A stretch of 63,963 bases of DNA, filler included, from Thelocarpon superellum (lineage: Eukaryota): the NCBI GenBank assembly GCA_026025795.1. It is 9 parts of 9 records of this genome, joined end to end, with 100 filler letters (N's around TTAATTAATTAA, not from the genome) between each part and the next. Parts side by side here need not be neighbours in the genome. Positions count along the whole stretch, not along the records: positions 43,731 to 50,792 come from JAPEUG010000646.1; positions 50,893 to 57,953 come from JAPEUG010000647.1; positions 58,054 to 63,963 come from JAPEUG010000697.1; 6 more parts are not named here. One strand, written 5' to 3'. The translations under genes and the position numbers were made by a program. The notes beneath the pieces were generated by a model. It ran no database searches and was not told the DNA's origin. It worked only from the letters and a program-made list of their open reading frames with translations. Positions within the stretch are counted from its first letter, which is position 1. Each line of letters opens with the position of its first letter. Of the stretch, positions 49,274-60,900 are shown one piece after another.

Positions 49274-50356
49274 ATGTCCATGTCCATTTGGCCTCCCCTG
49301 CCTCTCGACGAATTGGTGCAGGCGGAGAAGGCTTCGGTAGTGAGTTGATCCGCCGGTCTGTGTTCCCTACATCAAGCGAGTCTCTGACGTAGAGCGGAGA
49401 GCAGGCGCGAGAGCTCGAATGGCTTCTCGAATCCCTTCAAGATACGCTGGCCTCGATCAAGTCGGGCCTTGAAGAATGTGTTGCGTTACTGGCTCCGGTC
49501 GAGCCTGGCTCTACCCTGGTGCTGTCATCTCCTCGTTCCGATAGCCTCAAGGGCTTCGTGACTCGTGTCGGCACCAAAGTAATCCGAGGAGTAAATGATA
49601 CGTCCAGTCCAGTTCTGACAGCCCCTGACCGCGTGCAGGATATGCAGGTAAAGATGTACGGTCTTCCGCCTCTGAAAGGATCCGCGTCGTACCGTCTCAC
49701 CTTGTCGACCGCCGATCCCTCCAATACCCTTAACTTGAGCGGCCTCATCGAAGTTCGGAATTTGATCAATCAGTCCTTGGATGTGATCGATGTATCCGCC
49801 TGGACCGGTGACTCCAAAGACGCGAACTTCATCTCGGGCCAGCTGAGGTTGCTGTTCGACAACATCCAAGAAGCTCGGCAGACATTGAAGGGGCCGGACC
49901 CCCTGGATCCAAGCAAAGACTGGGCCGAGAATCCCGTAGATCCAAACGTGAGTCAGCCTTGGTTCCCACTCCCGCCACCAGTGCTCATCGCGCCCGCGAC
50001 AGCTTTTCGATCCCCCGCTCCCCTCTTGTTTATCCTTCCACCTGTCCATTGTCGAGGCGGCGCTGCAGCTACAATTGCGAACGATGGAGCCGGTCGACGC
50101 ACCACCCGCGTCCCTGACGGGATTCGATTTTCGCTCTCGCCTCGCCGTTGCCATCGGCGCGTCCAAGATCCCGACGCATGACGAGCGTGACGAAACCTTT
50201 CGATACAAGGGCGAAGAAGTGCGCGTCAAGGAGAAGGTGCGCGTTGAGAGCCAAGATCCAAATCTGATGGCGATGATGGCGAAGCTGGCAGCGCTCGAGC
50301 ATAATGTAGCCTTGTCGCGGAAAGCGCTGGACATTGTCATGGGCAAAGAGGATTAA
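49274..50356 (+). CDS. RAV2: RAVE complex subunit 2 / Rogdi leucine-zipper protein
   Basis: ARELEWLLESLQ..STLVLSS..KGFVTRVGT; three introns; C-terminal VKEKVRVESQDPNLMAMMAKLAALEH. Confidence 0.88.
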
Positions 50357-50414
50357 GAACCTATGTAGAGCCAAGCCTTACACCGTATCGCCCAGCGCCG
50401 ACGTTGCAAAGCCG

Positions 50415-50792
50415 TCACTGCGCCGCCATGCTCATCCTCAACTGCCTCTCTCGTTGCTGAGCTTGAAGATTCAAGCGTTCGACAGCGTAGCCCAGCCTTT
50501 CCTTCTTGCTCCGGAGCATGCGATATCGGTCCTCGACCTTATTCGCGCCCATCGACGGCCGACTCCTTGCCCCACTCGGCACGATACTCTTCCTCCCCTT
50601 GCCGGAGTCGAGTCGTCCGGCCTGCAGCTCCGCCTTGGCCACCAGGGCCTGTTCGCGCCGCTCCAATTTGTCGAGATGGGACTCCACGCGTCCCAAGAGA
50701 CGCTGCACTTCCGGCGCGATCTCTGCCACGACTTCGGCTTGTGCGTTGGCCAGACTACTTTCGTTGGTGAGTTCGAAGTGCTGGACGGAATT
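50415..50792 (-). CDS. SPC19: DASH/Dam1 complex subunit Spc19, 3' part
   Basis: HFELTNE..AEIAPEVQRLLGRVESHLDKLERREQALVAKAELQAGRL..KKERLGYAVERLNLQAQQRERQLRMSMAAQ*. Confidence 0.85.
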   Translation of the reverse strand, partial: NSVQHFELTNESSLANAQAEVVAEIAPEVQRLLGRVESHLDKLERREQALVAKAELQAGRLDSGKGRKSIVPSGARSRPSMGANKVEDRYRMLRSKKERLGYAVERLNLQAQQRERQLRMSMAAQ

Positions 50793-53700
50793 NNNNNNNN
50801 NNNNNNNNNNNNNNNNNNNNNNNNNNNNNNNNNNNNTTAATTAATTAANNNNNNNNNNNNNNNNNNNNNNNNNNNNNNNNNNNNNNNNNNNNGACCGGGA
50901 GCTGTCCCGATCGGGGACGGGGGAAGGGGAGGGGGGGCCGCTGGTCGACCAGGGCGACAAGGTTTGGCCTACGAGTGGGGGAGTGAGAGGCTGGGCTGGC
51001 GGTGTGCATCCTGTGTAGAAGGCGCCCATCGCGGCCCGTGGAAGCTATGGGTAAGGTCATACTACGACGAGCACGACGGACCGAGGCGTCGTATGGCGGT
51101 GCTACGTAGGGAATCTTTTCGCGCTTCGGGACCTTCGAAACACCCTTATCCTGGTAGGGCGCCAAGGGTGGAGCGCCACACCAGCAGCGCACAGCGCAAG
51201 ATTGTCTCCTGCATGGGCCAGCTCTTCGCCCGCTTCCCTGTACGCAGGTTGGCTACCCGCCCGTGGCTGGCGGAGGATTACCTGCACTGCGATGTGTGGA
51301 TGATGTGGTAATGGATGAAATTTCCCCCGCAGCAGAGGAGGATAAGAGACACGCCCCCCATGTCCTGACCATCGGCCCAGCGAGATCGCAGGGTGACGGA
51401 AGTTGGTGAGACCATAACGTTTCGAAACTTGGCGCCACGCGCCCACAGCGCACAAAGAATCCGGACGGACATCGGACAGACAGGTCCCTACGACGGAATC
51501 AAGGCCCGATGACGGCTCCTCACGTGTGACCGATGGAAAGTTGTCAATCCGCCTAACTCATCTCAGAAGGGAGGTGGCACGACGTCAGCGGCCCCATCAG
51601 CGGCCGAGATTATCAGGGGCCTGGCACCTTTGAGTGAGGCTCTGGGTAACCACCGCTAAGATAGGCTGACTACTGCATGCACCAAGGGGCCTGTGGAGGC
51701 GCCACACCAGCGAGGGGTGGCGATGGTGGTGGTCCACCACCCCATTGTGACCGTCTTCACGACGAACGTGGGCGGTCAGGTCGTAGACGATTCGCCGTGG
51801 TCAAGCCCTGCCCAGCGCAAAGGCTGGTGCGGTGCCGTGGGTGCCCGTGCGGTACCTGCAGGATCCAGGAAAAAGAAGAACGCGGAACCCGCTTAGTGCC
51901 CGCTCCTCCTCTGCACCAACCGAAAGCTCCGACGCTGGAATGCCCACTCTACGTGGCTGGAAGCGACCCAGCACCCCTGAACCCCCAGCTCGCCTAGCGC
52001 TTCCCAGTCCGTATGGACCAACGAGGGACGGCCAACGCTCAAAGGTCTCGCTCGGGTCGCTTCCAGTCTCAGCGCCAGCATCCTGGCGAGTCGCCCAGGC
52101 TCCCGTCATTTCGTTTTCAGAACAAAGGAGTCGTGGTCGGACAAACAAAGATGATACGGCTTCACTGCATGCACCGTTGGGGCGACCGAGTGACCACGAG
52201 CGAGACACAGCAGCAACTACATGCTGGCGATGCATCCGATTTCTCCCCGCGGGTGGGATCACAGGGTAAGCCACGTCGCTCTGGCCCTGCCCGGAACCAA
52301 ATGTTGGCGAGAAGCGGAATCTTGTAAAATGAGCGATGGGGTGGTCTAGGTTAAGTCGAGAGCTGGTCCGGACCCGAGATGAGTCAATAGATCAAAACGT
52401 GGTCGCTTTGTTCCAACCGGTCGACAGTGTAAACGGTCCGCGGTGTGGGCCGTGGTCGAGGCTTCACTCGTGAAACCATCGTTGCCGACGGACCCCCAAC
52501 ATCCATCCCAAAGGAAGGGATGGCTGATACATCGTACGAGTACGCAGTGACGCCAGCCGACTTCCGTCGACGGTTGACACCGAGCTCCTTGTGCGACCAG
52601 GCGCACCTTCGCATCAATCTTGATTGCGCTGCAGCCGTCCACGACATCCGGTCGCCGGTGGCGTTCACAACAGCGTTGCGCACGAGATGCCTTCCCAAAC
52701 AGTAGGACAACGAAGAAATCCTTACGGCTTCCTGGGGCCGGTGTCGCTACCCCTGCAGTCCATTGATGGCAGTGGGTGAGCGTTCCGAATCCGTCCCTAG
52801 CGATAAAAGCTGCTTAGAGCGCGCGCCAGAAGGTGCGTGCAGCGGTGCAGAAGAGCAAAGTCGCCCGAGGCGGACGAGGCGGCCAATGGCGGCATCCAGC
52901 TGGCCGATCCAATCCAGGCCTGATTATTGGCGCTCCTAGATTTCATCCGTCCAGGCCGCGAGGACGATAGGCACATCCCTATGTGGAGGCTAAATGGCTT
53001 CGATAGCATCGCGGGTGATTGGCGACCCGCAGCCACGCGATGCAGGGGTCTGCCGCTCAGGGGGTGGTCGCGGCTCGGCGACGATCCTGACAATCTATCG
53101 ATAAAGGACTCTGAAGTGGGTGGTAGAAATTGCGGCCGAGGCTGGGGTGGGGCGAGCGAAGCAGCCGCGCCCGCGTTAGGTAGCCTCTCTACGTCCGGTC
53201 GGAACAACCCATCATGTTATCCACCAGCTCCTTACGATGGGAAACAAGCTTTGGCCAAATCTCTTCAGGCACCGGCTTTGGACAAGGGCGCCATCATGGC
53301 AATGATGCGAGCACACGTGGTGCCGGAGTCGATCAATTTCTGACACACGGTCCGGAGCTCTTCTTCATCGACATCTGCTTACTTGGATGCTTATTTGGCG
53401 AAGCCGGAACCCTGGCCCCGGACCCTGCAGACACCCACTGTGCCACAGTCATCTCGGCCGCCCCGCACACGAGTGGCTCACTTCTTTAGTGGCAGGCAAA
53501 CTAATTTGACCCGTCGACCAATCGCCCCGTTTGACCGGCCCCGGACTGGTAAACGCCATCCGTTTAAGCATGATATTTGTTGGGTTGGTGGGCGAACAAC
53601 ATCAGGTACGATTACGGCGGACATCCACTCGCGCTATCCGTGCGTCAGCCCACCGTTGAATACGAAACATCTAAATGCTCATCTAGTGAGGAACGGGTAC

Positions 53701-53900
53701 AGACCGTAAGTGGTTCCGTCGTGTAATCGTAGCCAAAATCTGAGATGATGTGGCGGAGATTGACCTCTTCGGTCCGGAGATGGGACGCGTATCGTAGGTC
53801 CGGTGGTACCGCAGGGGCTTTGTTGTCACCGGAAGCGAGGAGAGTGCAACTGAACTCACGGCCCACGCGAAAACGTGCGGTAGACACATCGCCGGGATGA

Positions 53901-54821
53901 ATGGTACTCGTCCTCTCAGCCGTCACGGTTATGACAGCAGATGTCGACGCCATGGCGGCCACAAACACGAGCGATGCCAACGACGCAAGCATCGGGCCCC
54001 TCCCGGCGCCGTTTAGCGGTTCCGCGCATCCACCCAGGCTGCTTGCTCAAGGTGCCGAGGCCCACGTCTACCGGACCACATACCTGATGCCGACGCTACC
54101 CTGCGCGCTCAAGTATCGCCCCTCCAAACCCTACCGACACCCCACGCTGGACCAACGATTGACCCGACACCGGCTCCTCAGCGAGGCACGAGGCCTGCAC
54201 AAGTGTCGGCGCGCCGGAGTTCGCGTGCCCGGCGTCTACGCCTTGGATGCCGATGCCGGGTGGCTCCTGCTGGAGTGGATCGAGGGTCGGAGTCTGCGGA
54301 ATGGACTAGAAGAATGGTTGAAGGGAGACGGAGTCGGAGACGCACACTACCAGTCCCATGTGCCAGCGATGCAGGGACTGATGCGTCAAGTCGGACATTC
54401 AGTCGGCGCCATGCACGCCGCGGGTGTGGTGCATGGTGACCTGACGACGAGTAATCTGATGCTCCGGCCGCCGCCGACGACGACCCCTCCGACACCCGCT
54501 CCGGCGTCGGGATCCACAAACGAAGGAGTCGCGGCACCGGAGCACCCGGGAGCATCCGTGGTGTCGCCCGTGGTGTCGCCGCTGGCTGGAGACGTGGTTG
54601 TCATCGACTTCGGCTTGTCCATGCAGTCGGTGCAGGACGAGGACCGGGCGGTGGACCTGTACGTGCTAGAACGTGCCTTTGGAAGCACCCATCCACGCGC
54701 CGAGAGCCTCTTCGACGACGTGTTGCAGGCGTACGGACAGAGTTTCAAGGGGGCCATGGTCGTCCTTCGACGGCTTGAAGACGTGCGCATGCGCGGCCGG
54801 AAGCGGAGCATGCTAGGCTGA
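53901..54821 (+). CDS. BUD32: EKC/KEOPS complex kinase Bud32/PRPK (start could be 53931 or 53952)
   Basis: QGAEA, KYRPSKPYRHPTLD, HGDLTTSN, IDFGL, EDRAVDLYVLERAF, VRMRGRKRSMLG*. Confidence 0.95.
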   Translation: MVLVLSAVTVMTADVDAMAATNTSDANDASIGPLPAPFSGSAHPPRLLAQGAEAHVYRTTYLMPTLPCALKYRPSKPYRHPTLDQRLTRHRLLSEARGLHKCRRAGVRVPGVYALDADAGWLLLEWIEGRSLRNGLEEWLKGDGVGDAHYQSHVPAMQGLMRQVGHSVGAMHAAGVVHGDLTTSNLMLRPPPTTTPPTPAPASGSTNEGVAAPEHPGASVVSPVVSPLAGDVVVIDFGLSMQSVQDEDRAVDLYVLERAFGSTHPRAESLFDDVLQAYGQSFKGAMVVLRRLEDVRMRGRKRSMLG

Positions 54822-55169
54822 AACATGGTCATGATAATTGAACACGCATACCTCGATGATCTTGAATACATCGAGGGTATAGATCAGCCTGCTCCTGTTG
54901 CTAATACTGATACCAGTACGTGACAAACAGGAAAGATCCAACGCCGAGGCTCTCCGCATAGACCTACAACCGGATGACTCCGCCGACCCAAAGCCATCCA
55001 AAAGCCATCCGAGACCCCCTTCCATCCAAGACCCCCTTCGTGGTACAGAAGCCGTCCCGGAGCCACTCTCACCGGTCCCAGAACGCCCATCTGTACGCCG
55101 CCCATCTGAGCCTGAGAGAAATGAAACCCCAACCGCCAATATTACAGCGACGCCCAAACATCATCCAAA

Positions 55170-56323
55170 TCAAACTTCCATGGTCTCTGCGATATCCTCG
55201 CTCATACCTCTCATCGCTCCCTTGGCCTGTTCGCGCGCATCGACTTCATCACGATCGCTACTGCCCCCTTCGTCTGGGTTGTGAGGAATCTCGTCGCCGT
55301 CGTCCAGAACCTCGCCATCGACGTCGACCTCGTCATCACCCCAGCCGTTGATGACCCCATCGTCGTCATCCTCATCCAGGCCCCCGTCCACGTCAGCGCC
55401 ATCAGCCCGATCGCCAAGCCAATAGCAGGCTCGTTTGCTGGCGCCACTGCTGCGACTGCGCGAGCGCGTCCTCACGCGGCTCTTCTGGGGCGTCTGGAGG
55501 CGCTGCTGCGTCGGGCTATGGCTCATGATAGAGAGGCCACGCAGATAGAGATAGCACACGCGCTTGCGATCTTTGTTGAAGAAGAAGTAGTTGAAGCTCC
55601 AGATGGCTCCTTCCTCGCCATCGTAGGGATCTTCTTCGGGGGCGTAGCAGTAGATGCTACACTCCCGGAGTGACATTTCTTTGTCAATCAGCGTCCACAT
55701 GCGCGGTCCCCACGACTGACTCCGGCCTGAGGCGGGGGCGATGGCGGTGGATGGGCCCGAGGACCATGTGGCCGGGACGGCCAGATGCGCACTGGACGGC
55801 TTCGGTCGCAGGTTGTAGAGAGTCGTGTCCAGCGAGCTCATGACGGCCTTCAGACTCCGCTCTCGACGGAAGTCCGCGGGTCGGAGCAGGTGTGAGAAGT
55901 CGTAGTCGGGATGACTTGCGTTGAGCGTAGCAATCAGATAGGCAAAAGTCCGCCGACTCGAGATTTGGCTCAGCGGACCGAAGGGACTGGAACGCGAGAG
56001 GTTAAGGGATGAGGCCGCCGAGCTGGCATGAGGAGGCGACAGCGACGCTGAGAGGCGCAGGAGCGATTCATATTGTGACTCGAGCGAGTGTTCGATCGAT
56101 TTGTACAGCTTCTTGTCCGATCCGGCCGCCTTGGTCGTGTACAGGTCGCATCCGCCAATGACGTGGCAGTCGGCCGTATCGAAGTTGAGCGCGCTGGTCA
56201 CGTCGTCAAAGTCGCGGAGCGGTAAGAACTGAGGAGGTCAGCGGTCGGACTGCCTCACGCGACCGTTTGGCGCGGGATGTGTATACAGATATGGCAAGCG
56301 CGAAGGGGTAAGTGTACCTTCAT
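55170..56323 (-). CDS. MAF1: RNA polymerase III repressor Maf1
   Basis: 6-nt first exon ATGAAG, intron 56229-56317; GCDLYTTKAAGSDKKLYK, SSRRTFAYLIATLNASHPDYDFS, WSFNYFFFNK. Confidence 0.95.
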
Positions 56324-57071
56324 CGTCGTCACAGATCGTGCAGGTGGGAGAGCTTCAAGTTCCAAGTCGGGTGATGTCTATGAATCCTGCCCTGGAGTGC
56401 GAGACCAAGTCCAATTCATGAGTACCCTTGAGACCGTTTGTACCAGATCGCCTCTTGGTTGAGGGGTCCGCCTCGCGTGGCGCGGGTGTAAAGTGATGAT
56501 GAATGGGGGGAGCAGTCGTACGACGCGGCAGGGGACGAGCGGCAAAGACGCATTAGCAACGCGGCGAACGAAAGAAATGTCTCAGCTGGCTGCAGAGACT
56601 AATCTTCGTCGGCGCGCGACGACTAGAGAAGGGTGGGAGCGGCGGCCATGGTGATGACGAGGATGAAGGGGTGCGGTTGGAGATGGAAGTGGAGATGGTA
56701 ATCGGCCAAGGCGGAGTCGCGACACACGGCGACCCCCAAGCCTGCCAATGCAAGCGATGATGTCTCTCCGGCGCCCTGCTACCATATGGGGCGGTCCCGT
56801 CACGTCAGGTGGAGAAGCGAAGTATCATGATTGGTCCGAGAGACTAGGGTGTCTCTGTTTGTGATTAGTAAGAAAGCTGCGTCGGCCTTCTCTGCCACTG
56901 AAGTGACCGCATTGAGGCACGCCGATCCTTGCTTTCCCAGCTACATTCAATGCCTTGGTAACCGCCGGTCCGCTCCCGGACTTCCCGTGCCACATGTGTA
57001 GCATTCTGGTGTGGGCTATGCCTCCCCTCATTGACCCGCGGCAGATGACGAGAAGGTGGTTCGGACTTCTT

Positions 57072-57950
57072 TTATGCTAGCCCCGCGCTATGCAGACGAC
57101 CAACAACCTCATTTTCGGCCTGTAGAGTAGAGCCAGATGGCGCGAGTCAGCACAACCTAGATACGGCATGGGCAATGTCTGGCAGTAACGTGTGGACCAA
57201 CAGCGATCAGGACGCCGGGTCGAAGAGAAGAAGTGCAAGCCCAGGGCCCCATCTCTAGCCCATGACTCTCGTGATGCTGTCTTCTACGGTCTGACAACCG
57301 TGTCGCATGCGTCAGTGCATCGAAGCCCGAGCACCTCATGAGATCCGGCTAGTGAAGGGAATGGGTATTCATCGTCATAGCAGCTGTGTCAACTCACCTC
57401 CATGTCCTCCAGACTGTCCTGCTGGCTAATGCACCTCAGCACGTTCTTCTTGCTGCTCTCCTGCATCTCGCCGGCGAGGAGCAGTTCGTCTAAGATGAAG
57501 TATGCCTTTTGGAAGTTGAAGATGATGTCGAGCTCGCACACGTTGCCGTAATACTTGTCCATCTGCTCGACGTAGCGATGAACTACCTCGAGCGTGATGA
57601 GTTCATTGTCGGTCGAGGAGCAGCCGGCGATGAAGAAGAGCGAGGCATATCGGCGGTAGACTACCTTGGAATCTGTAGTTGGACCGTCAGCCGTTTGCGT
57701 GAAGCAGAGCGACTTCCAGGATTGGCGACGCGCCTTTGTATTCGAGGAAGTTGCACATCCTGGTCCGGCGCGACAGGACCAGCTGCGAGACATCCTTGAT
57801 GATCTTGGCCTTTTCCTTGGGCGACAAGGTGGTGAACCATTTGGCCAGACGCTGTGCGAGAGATCAGCGAAGCACGGCGACCCTGATGCAGGTGGGGCGA
57901 GGGCTTGTTTTCATACCACTTTCCCCTGCCGCGAGAGCAGAATGAGATAG
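57072..57950 (-). CDS. APS1: AP-1 adaptor complex sigma subunit (5'-truncated; two candidate last exons)
   Basis: [11 protein letters not shown] / [14 protein letters not shown] / [40 protein letters not shown]. The last exon is either 57290-57255 or 57119-57072. Confidence 0.93.
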
Positions 57951-60900
57951 CTANNNNNNNNNNNNNNNNNNNNNNNNNNNNNNNNNNNNNNNNNNNNTTA
58001 ATTAATTAANNNNNNNNNNNNNNNNNNNNNNNNNNNNNNNNNNNNNNNNNNNNGAGTTGGATCATCCACGCTCATTCGACGCCGCCTCGCACCGGCGTTA
58101 TGCACTAATGCCCGGCCGCATGGGATTTTGGTCTTGTGACCGGCTAGGCGCTTCAGCCGCGCAATTGCGCGCTGTCGTCCCCCTCACCGACTCTGTCCCG
58201 CCGATGGCCCACCAGTCAGACGCCGGGAGAGCCGACGGGCCAATTTGCCAGTGGCCGTTTCCACCTGCCACCTATTTGTACCATCTGCTGTCTGCTATCC
58301 GCATGCTGCGCCGCACCATGAAACCCACCCTCATCTCCTGGAACGCTTGGGAAGAGACGCGCCCGGATCAATCGCGCTCTGTTTGCCCGTGCCAGGTGAC
58401 GCGACCTTGCTCGTAGTTGTGTCGGAACGTGCATGCTGGAAGCATGCCCAACCGGTCTATTGCGTGCCACGTAGGCAGAAGGCGGAGCTCGGTGGCCTGC
58501 TATGCTCGATTGTGACCCACGCCACCTACAGCTAAATGGTAGTGGTCGGCGACAGGACCCGGCGTCAAGTAGAAGCACACAGTTCAAGGTGTGCTGCCCG
58601 CAGCCTCGAAAGAGGACGGCAAGGTGCGACTCGACAAGACGAGTATATCCACAAACACCCGCTCATTCGGACGTTGACGTGTCCTTGCATGACTTGCCCA
58701 TGTGACGGAAATGGAACTCTTCGTGCGCCCAATCGCGCCCGTGAGCACGTTGGATCGCCAGAGTGCATCGGCGCGGGCCGCCTTCTGCGTCAGGCCTTTT
58801 CCGAGGGATCTCCGACGGGCTGGCGGAGGATGGTCAAGAGGCGGTTGGGAGGATCTCGAGCAGGGCAGCAGCTATGGGGGACAAGTACCTTACCAGTAAG
58901 AGTACTTGAGCACCATCGGCACAGGCGCAGCGCCGCGATTCCCGAACGTTGACCCGCACGCACGCACGGGCCATGACGTCACGCGGCCAAGACAAGTCTT
59001 CCTGGCCAAGGCGGTGATCACCGTCTAGCGCAGGCCACGTACGTGTCCGGGGTGCTAATAAGGCGGTGAGATGGAGACTCGAGTCTGTAAACGTTGTTTC
59101 GGTCAGGCGGAAAAAGAAGCCCTGATCCCCCGCCAAGATGCCGTCCCCACATGGTTGGAGGCGGAAAAAGCAGACAAATGATGAATGGATCTGCACGAGC
59201 CGACCGATGGTGCAGCTGCAGCTCGCCATTCCAGGTTGCCACTGCGGCGCACGGACCCTAGCGAGCGTGGGCCTGAGCCGGTCGCCCAACCACTGTCGCA
59301 CGTCAGCGGGCCCGAAGCGAACGCGCACCACCAACCAAGGGATCGACGGCGCCGGACGGTGGACAAAACGCATCGACCGGTCGGAGCGGTCGGAGCGGTC
59401 GGCGAGGCACGGCACGTTGCAGGCCCGGAGGCCCGGTCTGCATCCGAAGCTGCCTGATGCACCTCGCCACGACATCGCTCCGCGAGCGATTGCATCCGTG
59501 GACCAAGTCGATCTGATCGAGGGGCGGCGTCGTCGTCACAAGAGTACGAGGATGAGGGAACGAATGAACAGCGCCGAGTCGCTAGCGATCTAAAGAGTAG
59601 GTACTCTCTACGCGATGTTGAATCCGCGGCGAGTCTGGGTCCGTACGGCACATGCGCCGCGAGGTGGTCATGAGGCATCCGTTGGTCGGGCATCAACGAC
59701 TGAGCATCGGCATTCTTTGCCACCTGCCGTGCACCTCACAGGGGTCATTTCGGACAGTCACAACAATATCGCGGGCGCAGCAGTGAGCACAGCTGCGAGC
59801 GTCGGGCCACCGTCCTCAATCGACCCTGCGGAATCTCGAGGTACCGTTCGTGCGACGCTCTGGCTCACGAGGCGCATGGACCCATGCTCGCTCTCTAGTA
59901 GCAATGAATCGCCATCAACCAGGCAGGCAAATCTGCGCACGCCAGGCGCACTCGCCTCGCTGCCAATCATGGCGCCGCACTGGGCCTGCGCACTGCACAT
60001 TGTACGCTGCAGGCTTCATCCTACCCCATCCTGCAGCTCTCCCGCATCTTAAGCGGGACGCACACACCAACAGGTTGGATGGCAGGTCTGCGTGACGACA
60101 GGCTGCACAGGCCCGCTAAGGCACTAGAATACTCGGCGGACTGCGAGCTTGGTGGGGTGGGCAGGGGTCGGGGGCAAGGATGCCGCGACACCACCGGGCG
60201 GTAGTGAAGCCCAATACCTTGGTCGGCCTGTTCCAGGGGCCGGTGTCATGGTAGGGTGGAGGCGTGGAGGGCGGCTTCCGGCGCGCCGAAACGCACGTCG
60301 CCCGCTCAGTCATCAACGCCCACCCTCGTGTCATGCTCGGCTCCTGCAACGCCTCGAAGCCCTCCTTCGTATCCCGATTTATCTCGCCCGTAGCTCCAAA
60401 GTCTCCGCAACACTACCAGGTACTCCAGCCTAGCTACCGCCGCCGTACTTGTACGGCGCCTTTCTGGTGCCTCGTAAGAGCAGGTTCATGTTCCTTTGTC
60501 TGGGCCCCCACCCCACCTCCCTGGTCGACGCCGCCGGCGTCCGTGGTATCCGGGCCATTATCTTACTCGTCAATCCAAATTTTCCAGCCGCGGTCCCATG
60601 GTCAGATGATACCGTAGCGACAGCGTGCGGTCGCATCATGCCGCTTTGCGGCGCACCGTCACGCCGTCATTTGCCAATCCCTCATTTCAATTCTAGAATT
60701 CGACGCGGCACTACTTGCACTCCGCCACCTGTACCAGACCGCTGCGCAACATTTCGCTGTTGGCCGCATGAGAATGGCAACAGCTATTCGGAGACAAGGA
60801 GTGGGCCGTCGGCTCATCCACGTCTGGCTGCGCCGGCAGGCTCCCACACCCGCCCCCGCCGCCCATAAGCCAAGAGGCTGCGCGTCCGGGTAGTGTCAGT

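Noticed and set aside
50893..53890. Many 60-150 aa ORFs in this region and in 33300-37100
   Set aside because: Arg/Pro/Ser-rich chance ORFs with no domains; most likely promoter or leader DNA.
56318..56323. Very short first coding exons (MAF1 6 nt, SUR7-like 10 nt, FRQ1 11 nt)
   Set aside because: These are coding tips of ordinary UTR-containing first exons and are common in fungi.
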